A program made the translations under genes and the position numbers. From the human T2T-CHM13v2.0 reference genome, Homo sapiens, in the NCBI RefSeq assembly GCF_009914755.1, contig NC_060926.1: a DNA stretch of 64,000 nt. One strand, 5' to 3'. Below are positions 16,291-36,775 of the stretch, piece by piece. Position 1 is the stretch's first letter. Each line of letters starts with the position of its first letter. The notes beneath the pieces were generated by a model, which was given only the letters and a program-made list of their open reading frames with translations, was not told where the DNA came from and did no database searches.

Positions 16291-16544
16291 CTGGTTTTCT
16301 TGTTGGTCCCACTGACATATCTGCAGAACTTGACTCAATTCTTGCCACTGTTGCTTCAAGTACTTGTCTAGTTGTCTTCTCCTGTCTTGTAGAAGTTCAA
16401 GAAGGCGGTCAACCTTCAGACAGCTGCTATGAGCTCCCTGAGTCAACTCAGGATTCACATTAGGTCCTTCACACTTGAATTTTTCTATGAAGTCAGTGAG
16501 TTGTTGACTTTTGTTTAAAAGGGCTAAAGACCGTTCCAAGAGTT
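16291..16544 (-). CDS. CCDC141: CCDC141 internal coding exon (probably exon 5), 254 nt, phase 1/0, (E)[14 protein letters not shown]...QWDQQENQ
   Basis: Long pyrimidine tract then TTCTAG|AAC, donor CAG|GTAACC. Lies within ORF 16267..16602(-). Peptide matches recalled CCDC141. Confidence 0.93.
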
Positions 16545-17639
16545 CTAGAAGAAAATTAGAAAGAAAAAAGAATAGTGATATTAGCAAGCTTTTATACAGC
16601 AATATTCAGACTCTTCATAATTTAAAATATATGTAATTTTTATGTTAATAAAAAACAAGTTGTGCTGCAAGGAATTAAAATATGTAAACAGAAACTGCCT
16701 ACAGTACTTCAGAGAAAAAACTGGTCAAACACCTTAGCCGAACAATTGTGATAGTGCTAACTGCCAACTGATGGGATGCTTTGTTCAGCAATTGTGTGAT
16801 TCAGGACAGGGAGTAGAATGAGCGTGGGATTTTGACATTGCTGCAGTTTTCAGCGGTATGATGCTGGGTGAGTGTTCTACATTCTGAGGTGATTGGACTG
16901 AAGCTGAGATTTAAAGGCTAGTGCCTGGTATGACCAAACAAAAACTCAATAAATGTGGTGGCCAGGTGCCCAGATATCAGGGACTATGACAAAGTGGAAA
17001 ATGCTTGCTAAAAGGGTCAGCTGTCACTCAGTTCTGGCGAACAGTTGACATGAGGAATATGGGTTCAGTGTTGATGGAACTTCCAATTATTAAAAGAGTT
17101 TCAAATGCAAATTTTATATGAAAGTTCTGACTTCTAAATCTTTCATAATTCATATTTTTAATTAAAAAAATCACAGGATAATGAAGCATAGATATCTGCC
17201 AAATGGACTACCAGTATGTGATCTCTGGAGTAAATAGCATTGTAAGTTTAGGTAACATCTTGTAGAATTGGGATGTTAAGCCTAAAAATTGAAGAACTAC
17301 CAAGGGAGAAAGTGTAGAAGGAGAAAGAGTTGAGAATAGCACATTGAGGAGCATCTACACTTGGGGATCAATTGAAGGAGCAGTTGGGGAACTGTCCACT
17401 CTCCATCAGGCAGAAAGAAGGAGCTGTCCATGACATCCCTCTCCTTCATCCCGCCATCATCAAGACCTGTTGATTTTACATGCTATCTCTGGCATCTGTC
17501 TACTTCTCTCTGTCCTCACCATGGAAAGCATCATTTGTTGCCTGGATGTGCAGTCTTCTCTTAATTGTATCCTCTCTCCAATCCATCTATCAATGCACCA
17601 GACTTTAGCCACAGCGATCTTTTCTAAACATAGCATCTC

Positions 17640-17765
17640 TTTCCCTCCCCTTCTTTCTTTCTTTCTTTTCTTTCTTTTCCTTCTTTCCTTCTTTCTTTCC
17701 TTTCCTTCTTTCTTTCTTTCCTCTGTCTCTCTCACACACACACGCATGCACACACACTCACACTT
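17640..17765. repeat. Polypyrimidine (CTTT)n low-complexity tract followed by imperfect (CA)n
   Basis: Directly visible. Confidence 0.85.
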
Positions 17766-20383
17766 ACAACAATGGCACCCCAATGCCTTAAAATTAAAGA
17801 CAGACCCCTTAATGTAGATTACTATGTCTGACATGGTCTAGTCTCTTCCTTCCTTTTCAAATTGTCTCAGTCTCTCCACTTTTCATTCTTATCTTCTTTA
17901 AATTCCTCACACATGCTATACTCTCTCCTGACCCTGAACTTTTCACTATGTCCACTCACATCCTCAACACCCTCCTTCGTTATCTTTACCGTACTCATAT
18001 TTCATGTCAACTGTCACTTCCTCAAAGTACAAATCAGATGGGATCAAATACTCTCACACTTAATGTCTGTCTTTGCCACTAGGCTCCACTGCAACATGAG
18101 GATAGAGACCATGACTGCACCCAGCACTTAGCACAGTGACTGGCACAGGAAATTTGCAATCATTTTTGTAGAATGCTTGAGTGAGAAGAAATGTTTTGAA
18201 AGAGGGGTTGGAAATTGGGGGAGCTACAAATGTTAGAGATCAGAAGTTCCCCAGAGATGTAAAAAAGAGAAGTTGAGAAGAAGATTTTGGGTTTTGTGAT
18301 GGAAACAGAAGCCAAGTTACCAGGTTGAGGAGTGAGAAGGCAATGAGAAGTGAGAAGAAAGTGAGCTGAGAAGTGGGAAGGCAACACTCAGGACAATCTT
18401 TGAGACATTTGTTATTAGAAGAAAAGAAAATGCTAGGACAGTATCTCGAAAGAATAACAGCGTCAAATATACTGTTTTTTTTTGTTTTTTTCAGGTTGGG
18501 GGAACTATGGAGAACACTCAGAGACTAAGCATCTTACCAAGCCAGATACTAATAAAAATGGACTGAACTGGTGCTGAAACTCAAGACTTGTGATTAGTAT
18601 AGCTCAGTGTTCTTTCCACTATAGGGATGCACTCAACTACAGCATTATAACTTTTGGCAGTTTATTACACCGCAATGATGTAGGCTGAGGTAGTTGGGCC
18701 AGTTTTCTCTTTCAATTGACACTTTTTTTTTTTTTGGAAAGCTGGAGGAGAGAATGAGATAATATATTGTAAAAAGGCATTTTGAGATGAAAAGGAAATA
18801 ATTTGAAGTAGTTTATTCCACATGACCTAGATCAGTCCTGTAAAATATTAGCTAGTAGTATCTGCTCAGAATGACGAGAGTGTGATTATGTTCCCTGGGC
18901 AATTTGATTGTGAGTTAACAACGTAAAGAAACGAATGACAAAAACAACCACAGAATTCAACCAGGTGAGAAGAATGGGAGAATGTAAATAGCGTAAGAAA
19001 AGTCAGGGAGAACATTATAATTCAAGTCAATTTCTTTGGAAAAAAGAAATGGAAGCAAACATGAACAAGATGGGGCTGGGGGTAGGGTTCAGGAAAAGAT
19101 CTGTCTGTTCAGAACAAGTTCTTATGGGGAGGTCCAAGACACACCTGGTGAAATGAGGTAAAAGCAGCTTATAGCAGGCCTTGCCTATCAGACTGAATAG
19201 TTTAATTTGTATAGCCTTAATGAAGTAAGAAGTATGATGGAGTCTCCTTTTATATATAGAGGGAAATAGTATTTTTCCTTTGCATTGAAGAGCTTGTTAT
19301 GATATTGTGAACAGCTACACGCAAACACACACACACACATACAGCCCACACACGAGAAGTTTGGGAAGGCAACAGGGTCTCCACAGGGTTTCCTTCCTCT
19401 AACTAACTCTTACACATTAGACTTTGCAAATGAGAGGGAGGCACAACTTTAGGCCCTCAGGGTATTGCAGACTAATGGTCAACCTGTTATGGTTCCCATG
19501 AGAATATGAACAATTAGCCAAAATTAAAATTCAAATTTTTTTTCTGGTTTTCTGTTTCACCCTCTGCCAAAATAACATAACAACTACCACAGTATTGCCA
19601 GGCACACAGCCTCCTGAGCCAGCATTAACTTGTAAAATGTATCCAGGCTGAGTCAGTCTGTTACCTGCTACCACGATGGCTGTTGAGGTGGATGGATTCT
19701 CCCCTCAGTTTCCTCTGCCAGTTCCCTTGGTCTTTCAGTTTCTTACGTTTTGCTTTTTCACAGTTTACATTTTCCTAGCTATTTATTCCATCAGTTGATC
19801 TTACAAAGTGATGTGTTTTTCCCCAAGAGTAAACTGTCTAGATATACTGTGACCTTCAAGAACATCTTTACAGTCAATTTATTTTAAAGACTGTATATCA
19901 GCACATACGAAATCCTACTTACTGACACAATACCTTGTGATATGAACTTAGAAGATAGTCGATAAATTTTCATTAATTGTTTTGATTAATTTTCAATCTA
20001 TCTAAAAAATTATCATTAAAGTTCATAAAATACATCATATTTTATATTAATACCTCTATAGTTTGCCACAATTATTAAGTATAAATAACCAATTTAAGAT
20101 GGTATAATAGGTATACACAATGTGGATAGGTTTACAGCTTGTTAAATAAACTTTCCAAATGAGTACTTTCTAAAATGCATCAAGGTCACCATCTTGGTCC
20201 TGAGATCATGTAAGATATTTCTTCCTAATACTTTAAAAAATATTCTAAATGTTCCCCAGTGGGATGGTTTCTCTTGAACATAATTAACAGGTATTTTCAA
20301 ATAGAGACAAAAGTAGAGATAATAGTGTAATGGGCCACCAGGAATGTATGCCCTAGCTAGGTTTAAGATACAAAAAACATCCA

Positions 20384-27171
<6,788 letters not shown>

Positions 27172-29110
27172 AAGATATATACAACATCCAAGAAGGAAAA
27201 AGAAGTAATATGATCCTTCCTGTGAAGCAGCTTCTCAGTTCTTACATTCATTTTAAGAAGACCCTTAGAAAACTGGAGGGTGCAGTTGTCATTCTTTGGA
27301 GCTTAGAGTAAATTTTCTTCTCCTTAATGTCCCTAAAGCACTTCGTTTGTTGCTCACTTTTGCATCATTCTGCCATGTCGTACATTGGAATTATATACAA
27401 ATAACACGCAACAAATATACTTTGGGTTAGACACTATTCTCAGCTTTGGAGATCTAGGGTCTCACAACCTGATGATGAAGATAAATAAGAAAATAAATTA
27501 TTACTACACAGTGTGTGAGGTGATGTACTGAAGTACCCACAGGAAGTATAGAGGGAGTCACCAACGAATGTGTACATGTCCTGCTAAACTGCAGGCTTCC
27601 TGAGGAAAATGGCCACGTACTCCCCTGACACATGGCCCTGGATTTCTCACGAGGTTATGGGTTCAGAAAACAGTGTTTAATTATGTGTTTTGGATTGAGG
27701 GCAACCAGGCCAGTAAGTAATCCGGAAACCATATTTGCTGGAAAAGACTTTAACTAACTAGGTAATTTTAACCCCAAGGAGAGAAGTCAGGAGAAGGTAT
27801 ATTATTCCCTCTCTTTCAAGGATTGTTATGTGGTGGAGGGAACCAACTTGTTCTGAAACATTCCAGGGGGCAGAAATATCAACCCATTAATCCTGGTTCT
27901 AACTTCCGTAGTGTTAAAGAATAAGTTTCTTACATATTAGGGAGCCTTAGCACTGCTGAATAAGGAGAAAGCATAGGTGAAGCTAATTGAAATAAAGTGA
28001 CTATTAGGGGTAAGTTTGATTATAGTTTTTCCAGCTTTTGTCATCCTAACACTCATGTTTTGTACTACTCAACTGATCAACATCTCAGAAACTTACTAGA
28101 ATGGCTAGCTGCACTTATAGACATATTTTATTTCCTTAAATTTAAAGGTAATAGATATGAAGCACTCAACTAAAAAATCAGAATTTCACCCTTTAATATG
28201 CATTTCAAATCAGCTAATCTTAATCATATCCCATGGAATTAGTTGGTTAATAAATTGCATCAACTTCATTTTTTTGTTTTATGAAAACAAAAACCCTTGA
28301 AGCCACCACTGGGCATATGAACTGGGAACAAGTATCCTGACCAGAGTTCTCTGTCATCTCTGTGCTTCAAGTATCACACAGAAGGGCACAAACTCTCACA
28401 ATAAATATGTCATCAAGATGGAAGAATATTTTTTCATCATAAAAATAAACTATGTTTCCTGTCTTCCGCTAGCATTTTTATCCATCTCTTCAGACTAAGG
28501 ACACCCAGTGGACTCTTGAAGGCTGGTACCCCTGAAAAGCAAGACATCAGTTTCACTGTCAGCTGGATGCCAAAGAAGTGCAAACAAAGCAGCATGTGCC
28601 CCATATAAACTGGCCCACAGTGCCGCAGATCCTAGGAACTTGAAGGAGCCAACAGCAGTAGCAACAACAAAACAGCATTAAGACTACATTCCCCCTGCCA
28701 GCTCCATTCCCAAACATGTATGGAAAAGCCCCTACTTCTACAAGCCCCCAGTCCCTCTGGAGAATGCTTTCATTTGATTGCCTCAGTATTGAAACTCTTC
28801 AATAATAGCATCCATCATTGTCAGGTTTCTGGAGGTAAAACTGCTGTGTGATGATCATGTTGGTTGAAAGAAGATTGAATTGAGACTACAGAACCCATCT
28901 GTTGCCTTCCAGTCTCCTAGGAGGAATTTCACGTGATTCTACTCATTTCCTTTGGACCTAGCTAGATTACTACTGCTGTATAATAATGGGCAACTGTTGC
29001 TTTAAAGCACAAACTTTTGATGCTTTTTATAATCCCTATTAGTGATAGGTCCTATAGAACAATAATCAGTGGAAATTATATATATGTATTTGGTAGGATC
29101 TCATAAGAAT

Positions 29111-29168
29111 TTACATAGGAAAGATTGAGTCCTTTAATCTTACATAGGAAAGATTGAGTCCTTTAATC
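29111..29168. repeat. Perfect 29-bp tandem duplication TTACATAGGAAAGATTGAGTCCTTTAATC x2
   Basis: Two identical adjacent copies. Confidence 0.92.
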
Positions 29169-30117
29169 TTTGAGTTTTAGAAAGTTGTAATAAGTAATTT
29201 ATCATAATGATCTATTGTCTAGAGTCTTTTGAAGGGTAATATAAACACTAAATCTATTTGTGACTTTAAAACACCTTTTGGTCCTATCCAGAATGACAGG
29301 CTGGTGGAGCTAGAAGTCAAGTTAGAACTGTGACAAATGAATTCAAGAAACCTTTCTATCCAGACCCTATTCTATTTGGCAGTAAAATTAGAAGACATAT
29401 TAGGCAGAAAAGAAACGGTTGTTTCTATCAATTTATCTAACCTCCTTCCATTGCAAAAGATGACAGGTAACTACTACTTTTCCACAAATGCGTTTCCCTA
29501 CTCCACTCCTGGCCCACACCAAATTCTTGTAGAAAGGCTTGGCATACAAATTGTTGGTTAACAACTAGACTATCTTTCTAGTTGTTCAGAGGGAACTGAA
29601 AATCTTTTTGTAGAGTGTTTTATTAGATTTTCATCTGGAAAAATTCACTGTTCCATTTTTTTAACTGCAATGGTGAAAGAGGAATTTTGCTGATTCAGAC
29701 CTGCTTTTTAAAGAATTACCTTCATTTATTGACCCTTAGAAGGAACATTCACTGAATTCAATGATTTATTCAACTAAGAAAATTTCTTTAGGATCTACCA
29801 TGTGGCAGGAACCTTGCTAGATGCTAAGGGTAAAGGGATGAACAAGGTAGAAATGGCCTCTGTCCTCAGGAGCTAAACTCTAGCACACCAAATAACAGAA
29901 TCTCCTGGAGGCATATCCTCTACCATCCTCTCAGAATATTCACAACTAGTTCTTTCTTTCAGAAGATGATTAAAAATGAAGCTTTAACTTTTCTTGGAAC
30001 AAGCTGAGGTAAACATAAATAGATCAATTTAAAATACACTATCATACATAAGCATTCTCACATTAACATCTTTTAAAACCTCTAAACACTTCTGTGAGAA
30101 ATAAACATATTTCTTGC

Positions 30118-30226
30118 CTTTAGTATGATGTTCATGAAGCTGAAGAAGTGATTTTAAGGACTCAGCACTCTCAAACTCATGAGTATTCTGGAGGAAATCT
30201 TCAGCTTGGTCTATTTTAATAGCAAA
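30118..30226 (-). CDS. CCDC141: CCDC141 internal coding exon (probably exon 4), 109 nt, phase 0/1, [36 protein letters not shown](E)
   Basis: Read manually; absent from the ORF track. Acceptor TATTTCTATTGTAG|TTT, donor AAAG|GCAAGA (GC). The last G plus AA from the next exon gives Glu and keeps the frame. Confidence 0.9.
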
Positions 30227-33200
30227 CTACAATAGAAATACAGAGGAAAGACATTTGACATTTGTATAAAAATTAACGTGCCATTGTTAGTTACCTGGAG
30301 ATGTTTTTCATAAATTAGTAGCCCAACTGAGGATGTGTGATTATGCAAGTGCATATGTTTGTATGTGTTTGTGTGTGTTTTGGCTTACAGTGTTTGCATG
30401 AGGGTGTGTGTTTGCATGTGGTCAATTTACAAAGTGTCATTGGTAAGAACTTTCTTCTCCTTTCATACCTAATTATATAGGCTGAAATAAACCAACCTGT
30501 TTACTGTCCAAATGCCTATTAAATTTTTCAACCAAAATTATAGTGTCCTATGTATACAGTCACTTTCAACATTCTAAGGCACTTAGTTAAGAATAAGCAG
30601 AAAGTTAGCTAAGGGAAACCAAGAAAAGGTTAACTAAAAAGCAGTCTATACATTTACAAGTAAATGTAGCTTAGGAACTCACTTAGAGAGAAGGTAGAAG
30701 TATAGTTATTTTTTCCCTCTAAAATTGAACTTAGCAGTGAAATATGCAAGTTTCTGAATAATACATAGTCTAATCCAATATTTTATACAAAGCAAAAAAA
30801 TATATATTTGTATAGAAATTGGTCTCAAAAAATACACACCAAATGGTGACTTAATGAGAAGAAATGAAATTAAGGATGAGTGAGAGGAGGTAAAATTTTA
30901 ATATTTAAATCTATAATTTGTAATTCTGTTTGCATTTTTATCAATAATTTGTATGCATTACATCTATAAATAAAATGAGATTAGATGGAGCAAGAATGAC
31001 AAGTGAGAAATTTATTCCCTGTTTCAAGGAAAATGCATAGTAATTTCACACTCTAAATGGTGAGGAATATAACTGGTCTGTCTTTTTTCTTTTTCTCCAT
31101 AGAGGCAGTGGGAGATTGAGAGAGATGATTAACGTGATGTTAAAATGCTCAGGAAAATAATCTTAGAAACAAATTTTAGAATGGCAAAATATATTTGATT
31201 ATCCTGTCACAGTATGTCTATAGTGGTAGACAAATAGTTGGCTTGTTTTAGCACTAACATTCAACAGTAATTATCACAATTTATATGAGCATTTTAATAT
31301 ATCCACCTTTGGATTGGGTTTAGAATAAACTAATTAAGGAAAAGTATCAGACATAGAAGCTTACCACGGTACTTATCTTCTGTTTCAAGTCTTCTCCAAA
31401 CTATCATTTTTGAATTTGGGGATTCTTAATATTTTAATGTAACTATTTGATTAACACAATCGACTGTAGTTTATTACAACAGCCATATGAAATCCAATTA
31501 TAAGTGAAACAGAATGATGAGAGAGAGACTGAAGAGCATGGGACATGTTTTGGAAATGCAAGGAAGGCCTCTGTCATCCTATTAGAACAACCTGATGGAC
31601 ATCTGCTGCTGCCAATCAGGGGCAGTGTTCCTAAATTATAGCACAGTGTTCGAGGTGAGAATAACCCAACTGACAGTTATGTCTGTGAGCCTGAAATAAT
31701 CTTGTAATAATGATCAGCCATGCAATTATTAGTAATTTTTCATTTCTCAAAAACTCCTACATGCACATAATTCAATAAGGGGGTCATATCCACATCATTT
31801 ACATCTCTAATTCAATTTCTAATAACTGATTTTTAAAATATTATTTAAAGAGAATCTTCAAAAAGAAAAGAAAATTCCTAGCAGGTAGTTTGTTTGTTAC
31901 CTGCAGAACATTAGAAAAAGTTCCAGGGTCACTGTTTAACTTATATTTATATTTCAGCTTGTTATAAAATTAAAAATAAATAAACCAATAAGCAAACAAT
32001 GCTTTACTCAGAAAAAGTTTTCCTAAAGTTCTGTTTACTTTTATCAGTATTTTCCTTTCTCCACTCTCTTATATCACTAATAAAAATGGCTTTGGCATAC
32101 AAAGGGGACATAAGGATTATATAGGAGTTTGTCTTCAGTTTAGTATGAAGTGATCCACAAAATTGGAAACAGGATAATACAAAAAATAATTAGTCTTTTC
32201 ACTAGATTCAATAAAAGCTCACGCAAGTGTAAGTATAAGAGTGTTGGGCTTAATTATGGTTTGGCCTACTATTTCCTTTTACTTCATGTTATATCTGAAA
32301 GGAATTTACTCATCATGGAGAAAATAAGCTACATTAACACTAAAACACAGTGAGAAACAAATATTGCTCCAATGCTAGAAAAAAAGAAAATTTCCTGGGC
32401 TCAAAAGAGCTGAGTTTCAAGGACAGTTGACACCTATACCCTACTTACTAAGATAGAGTGAATCAGATATAGCTATAATTTGGCCTCTGTAGGTGTATTT
32501 CAGCTGTTTCATTTCTTTTCAGGGAAGAAAGATGGTGTATGAAACTTTTTCCAAGATGGTCTCTGAAATGAGTTAAACTTCGGTGTTCAAATTGTGAAAA
32601 ACAAGCCTTGAAAGTTATAATAAGGTTTTTATTCCTCCCTTTTGCTTTTAAACAAGTTCATGATGCATGAGATTGCCTACTCCAATTTTTAGTTTCTATT
32701 ACTAATCTTCTTTCCTTCATTATTTTGGATTTAAGTCCTGAATTTCTAGTTTAAAATGTCATATTTTTCAAAGCTAATGCTTTATCATAATGAAGCAGTG
32801 CTCTTACATCAAAATGAATGGGCTGCCACCTGACACAGAAGTTAAAAGTGAAATTTCCAATAACTGTCTTATACCAAATATAACACCTCTTTTGATAATG
32901 TTCTTTGAACTCTCATATTTTGAAATTAGAAACCTCAAAAAATTGTAGAATTCGAGAAAAATCACATGGAGACATGACCTTCTTAGGTCTAGGAGGACTT
33001 TTTCCTTCTCTTGTATTGTAAGGTGTTCAAACTATGGAAAATCAACTATACGCCTTAGGAAGGTACTTATAAAATGCTATATTTATGAATCAAATATCCT
33101 ATGGAATATTCTATAATTGCCTTTTTAAAACATAGGCAGCAAAAGGAAATTTTATTCTCCAACTTTTAGCCAAGAACCACACTCTAGACCAGCATTTCTT

Positions 33201-33544
33201 AGTAATCCTACCATCAGGTAATTGTTTGATTTAGTAACTGTATTACTACCTTCTATAGAGGGAAATAATCGTAATGACTTATGAGTGTTCCCATTATTAC
33301 TTAATATTTTACCAAATTTTAGTTATTTAACTGTACTTTGTTTTTGTTTGAAGATCTACTCTTAAAATAGTAATAATTTTGTTTTTTGACAATCAAAAAT
33401 TAAATATATTGTGTATGTATGTTTTGGTTATTCTGCCATTTTTTTAACTGCTTGCAATGTCTATTTGTGAAAAAATAAACATTTTCAGGAGTGCTATTCA
33501 TTTGCTCTGATGTGGGGAAGGGAGAAGTTTTTTAAAGTACAAAC

Positions 33545-33736
33545 CTCTAAGGCATTTTCAAAAAATTCAGAAGTCAACCTAAGGAGCTCTGTTCTTCTTT
33601 CAAGCATGGACACCAGAGCTGCCCATGCTTCACCCAGAGTCTCGGCCATGGCATCATAGACCTGACTCTGATCCTTGTTCTCTTCAGCTGTCTTGTCTGC
33701 TTCCTGCAAGAGTTCCCATACCCGATCTTCCAAAGC
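33545..33736 (-). CDS. CCDC141: CCDC141 internal coding exon (probably exon 3), 192 nt, phase 0/0, [15 protein letters not shown]...SEFFENALE
   Basis: Acceptor TTTTTCTTTTGTACTTAG|GCT and donor GAG|GTTTGT. Open frame with helical, spectrin-like character. Peptide matches my recalled CCDC141 N-terminal sequence and joins the next exon in frame. Confidence 0.93.
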
Positions 33737-35267
33737 CTAAGTACAAAAGAAAAAGGCATAAGGCAGGGTGTTAACTTAATGTAAGAACACAGGATCACAT
33801 TTTAAACACTTGGATAGTAGAAATTGCATGTGGTCTAGGAAACAGAATTTATAAACACAAACTGTTATGCAAGAAGGTGTATCAAACAGGAAGGAAGGAG
33901 CGATCAGGATTGAGGTGAGCCAGGAAGCATGGCCAGGCTAAGGGCGTTCACATTTAAACATTGTCCAAACACTGCTGACATCTGTCAAAGACACATGTCT
34001 ACATTCCCAAGGGGTATAGAATATTATGTTAATCTAACAGTTCCAAAAAAAATAAGAAAAGTAATAAGAACACACCCTGAAGAGTGATCAAGAATAAAGG
34101 TTGTGAGAAACAAGCCCAGTAAAGCTTAGTTTATTGCAAATAATTGTCATTAGTTGTTAATATGACCGTGACGATTAATGTAAATATTAAGAGTAGATTT
34201 TTAAACCAGAATAGTCATAATTTAAAAATTAAGATATCTATAACCAACATTATCTACTGTTTGAACAAAATATGAAAAATGAAAAGGAACATGTGCTTAC
34301 ATAATTGTCTCATTCAGGGATAGGAGGATTCAATAAGATCCATATAATTCTTGAAGTTGACACCAAAATAAAGGCATAATTTTTAAAGAGTACAGTAGAC
34401 TAAAATAGTATGAATAAATTCTAAAATATCAACATAAAAAGGAACTTAAAACGTGATAAAGAAAAATACAACAAAGAAAACAAAAGAAATAAGAGCAGGT
34501 TCATAAGGACACACACAAACATAATGACAAGTACATAATTAAATATCAATTAACACAAAAAATGTGGATGAGTTAACTTTTTAAACAAAAAGACAAACAC
34601 TATCAGAGTGAGGAAAAAAAGGCAACAAAATTCAACCAATTTGTGTTTGCTAGAGTATCCCTAAAAAGAAATACTTTTTGAAAATAAAGAGATGAGCTAT
34701 ATCAGGCAAAGACAGACAAGAGAAAGCAGGACTATAATACTGAATAAATTAGAATCAAAACAAAAATCACTGATGCTTTAAAATGGCATTTATAATGATA
34801 AATACTGCAATCCACAGTAAAGACACTCATGAACCTTTGTATCTGTGGCACTGAAATATTTCAAGTAGATATAACCAGTCTTACATCAAACAAATAGATA
34901 ACAAGAACTACAATTATGGACTGCTTTTAAAAGTAATAATAATGCTACTACATTTAAAAACTTTAAATATATAGCTAACCTTATGCTCAGATAAAATACA
35001 TAGTATTAGACAACTTGTTTTTAAAGAAAGAACATAATCTCAACATCTAGGACTAAATTATTTAAAAAATAAACAAATTAAGGGGGATAAACTGATTTAA
35101 TACAAAATCAGAAATTAGCAGGTTAGATTAAAATATTAGAACTGATTTTTTAAGTTTTGATTAATTAAAAACCCAATGAAATATTAAAACAGCTGAAAGA
35201 TGTCAATAAAAATTGGAGAGTAGATAGCTTCAAGGGACCATTCCTGTAGAGAAACATCAAAATACGC

Positions 35268-35594
<327 letters not shown>

Positions 35595-36685
35595 CTAAGG
35601 CTGAAGCAAGAAAAAGGTGACTTAAAAATGGTAGAAAAGCTTTGAGATATTTTTACGTGCCCTTGCTCTACCCCTCCTGGGTTCAGCAGAAACTATTAGA
35701 GTGGATAAGAATAATAAGACTCAAGTATACATTGTCTACAAGAAACCTACTCCAAATATAAAGGCAGAGGTGCATTAAAAGTAAATAAATTGGAGTAACA
35801 ATGTGAAGTGATATGTCAATTAGCTCAATTAATTTAACATGTGTTAATTATTTTGCAATGTATACATACCTCAAGACATCATATTGTACAACTTAGGTGT
35901 ATACAATTTTTAGTTGTCAATTATACCTCAATAAAGCTGGATGAAAAAAAAGGTAAATGGACAGAGAAAGATGTACCATGCTAACACTAGTCTGAAGAAA
36001 GCTGAGTAGCTATGTTAATTCTACACAGAGAATATTTTAGAGCCAGGAATATTATTTGAGACTAAGATGGGTGTTACGTAATAATAAAGGAGTCAATCTA
36101 CAAGAAGGCATGACAATTCTAAATGGGTATGAGCCTAACAACAGAGATTCAAAATATATGAGGCAAAAATTAATAGAACTACATGCAGAAATAGATAAAT
36201 ATACTATAATAGAGACTTCAACATCCTTCTATCAGTAATCATTATATCCAGCAGGCCGAAAATTATGAAGCATATAGATGAACTGAACAGCACTATTAGT
36301 CAACTTGATCTAATTGGCATTTATAGAATAATTCTTCCAACAATGCATAACACACTTTCCTCTCAAGCTTACATGGAACATACATCAAGATAGGCCATAT
36401 CCTGGGCCATAAAACATACCTTACCAAAATTTTAAAAACAGAAATCATACGAATATACTCTCAGACCACAAAAGAATTAAACTAAATGTCAATAACAGAA
36501 ATATAGCCAAAAATACCACAATATTTTAATATTAAACAACACACTTTAAAATAACACATGGGTCCAAGAAGAAGTCTCAGGGAAATACAAATATTTTGAA
36601 CTAAATGAGAAAATGAAAATATGATGTATCAAAATTTTTAAGATGCCACAACAGCAGTGCTTAAAGAAAAATTTGTAGCATTGAA

Positions 36686-36775
<90 letters not shown>
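36686..36775. repeat. Compound microsatellite (TG)n(TA)n(TACA)n(GA)n
   Basis: Directly visible. Confidence 0.92.

Noticed and set aside
16267-16602. 111-aa ORF as a standalone gene
   Set aside because: Only 16291-16544 is exon. The [12 protein letters not shown] start is the translated polypyrimidine tract and the tail is intron read-through.
17460-17834. Lys/Arg-rich and hydrophobic ORFs on opposite strands
   Set aside because: Artefacts of the (CTTT)n and (CA)n low-complexity tract within a decayed L2-like sequence.
33494-33798. Two overlapping minus-strand ORFs
   Set aside because: One is the CCDC141 exon running into intron; the other is an alternative frame over the same exon.
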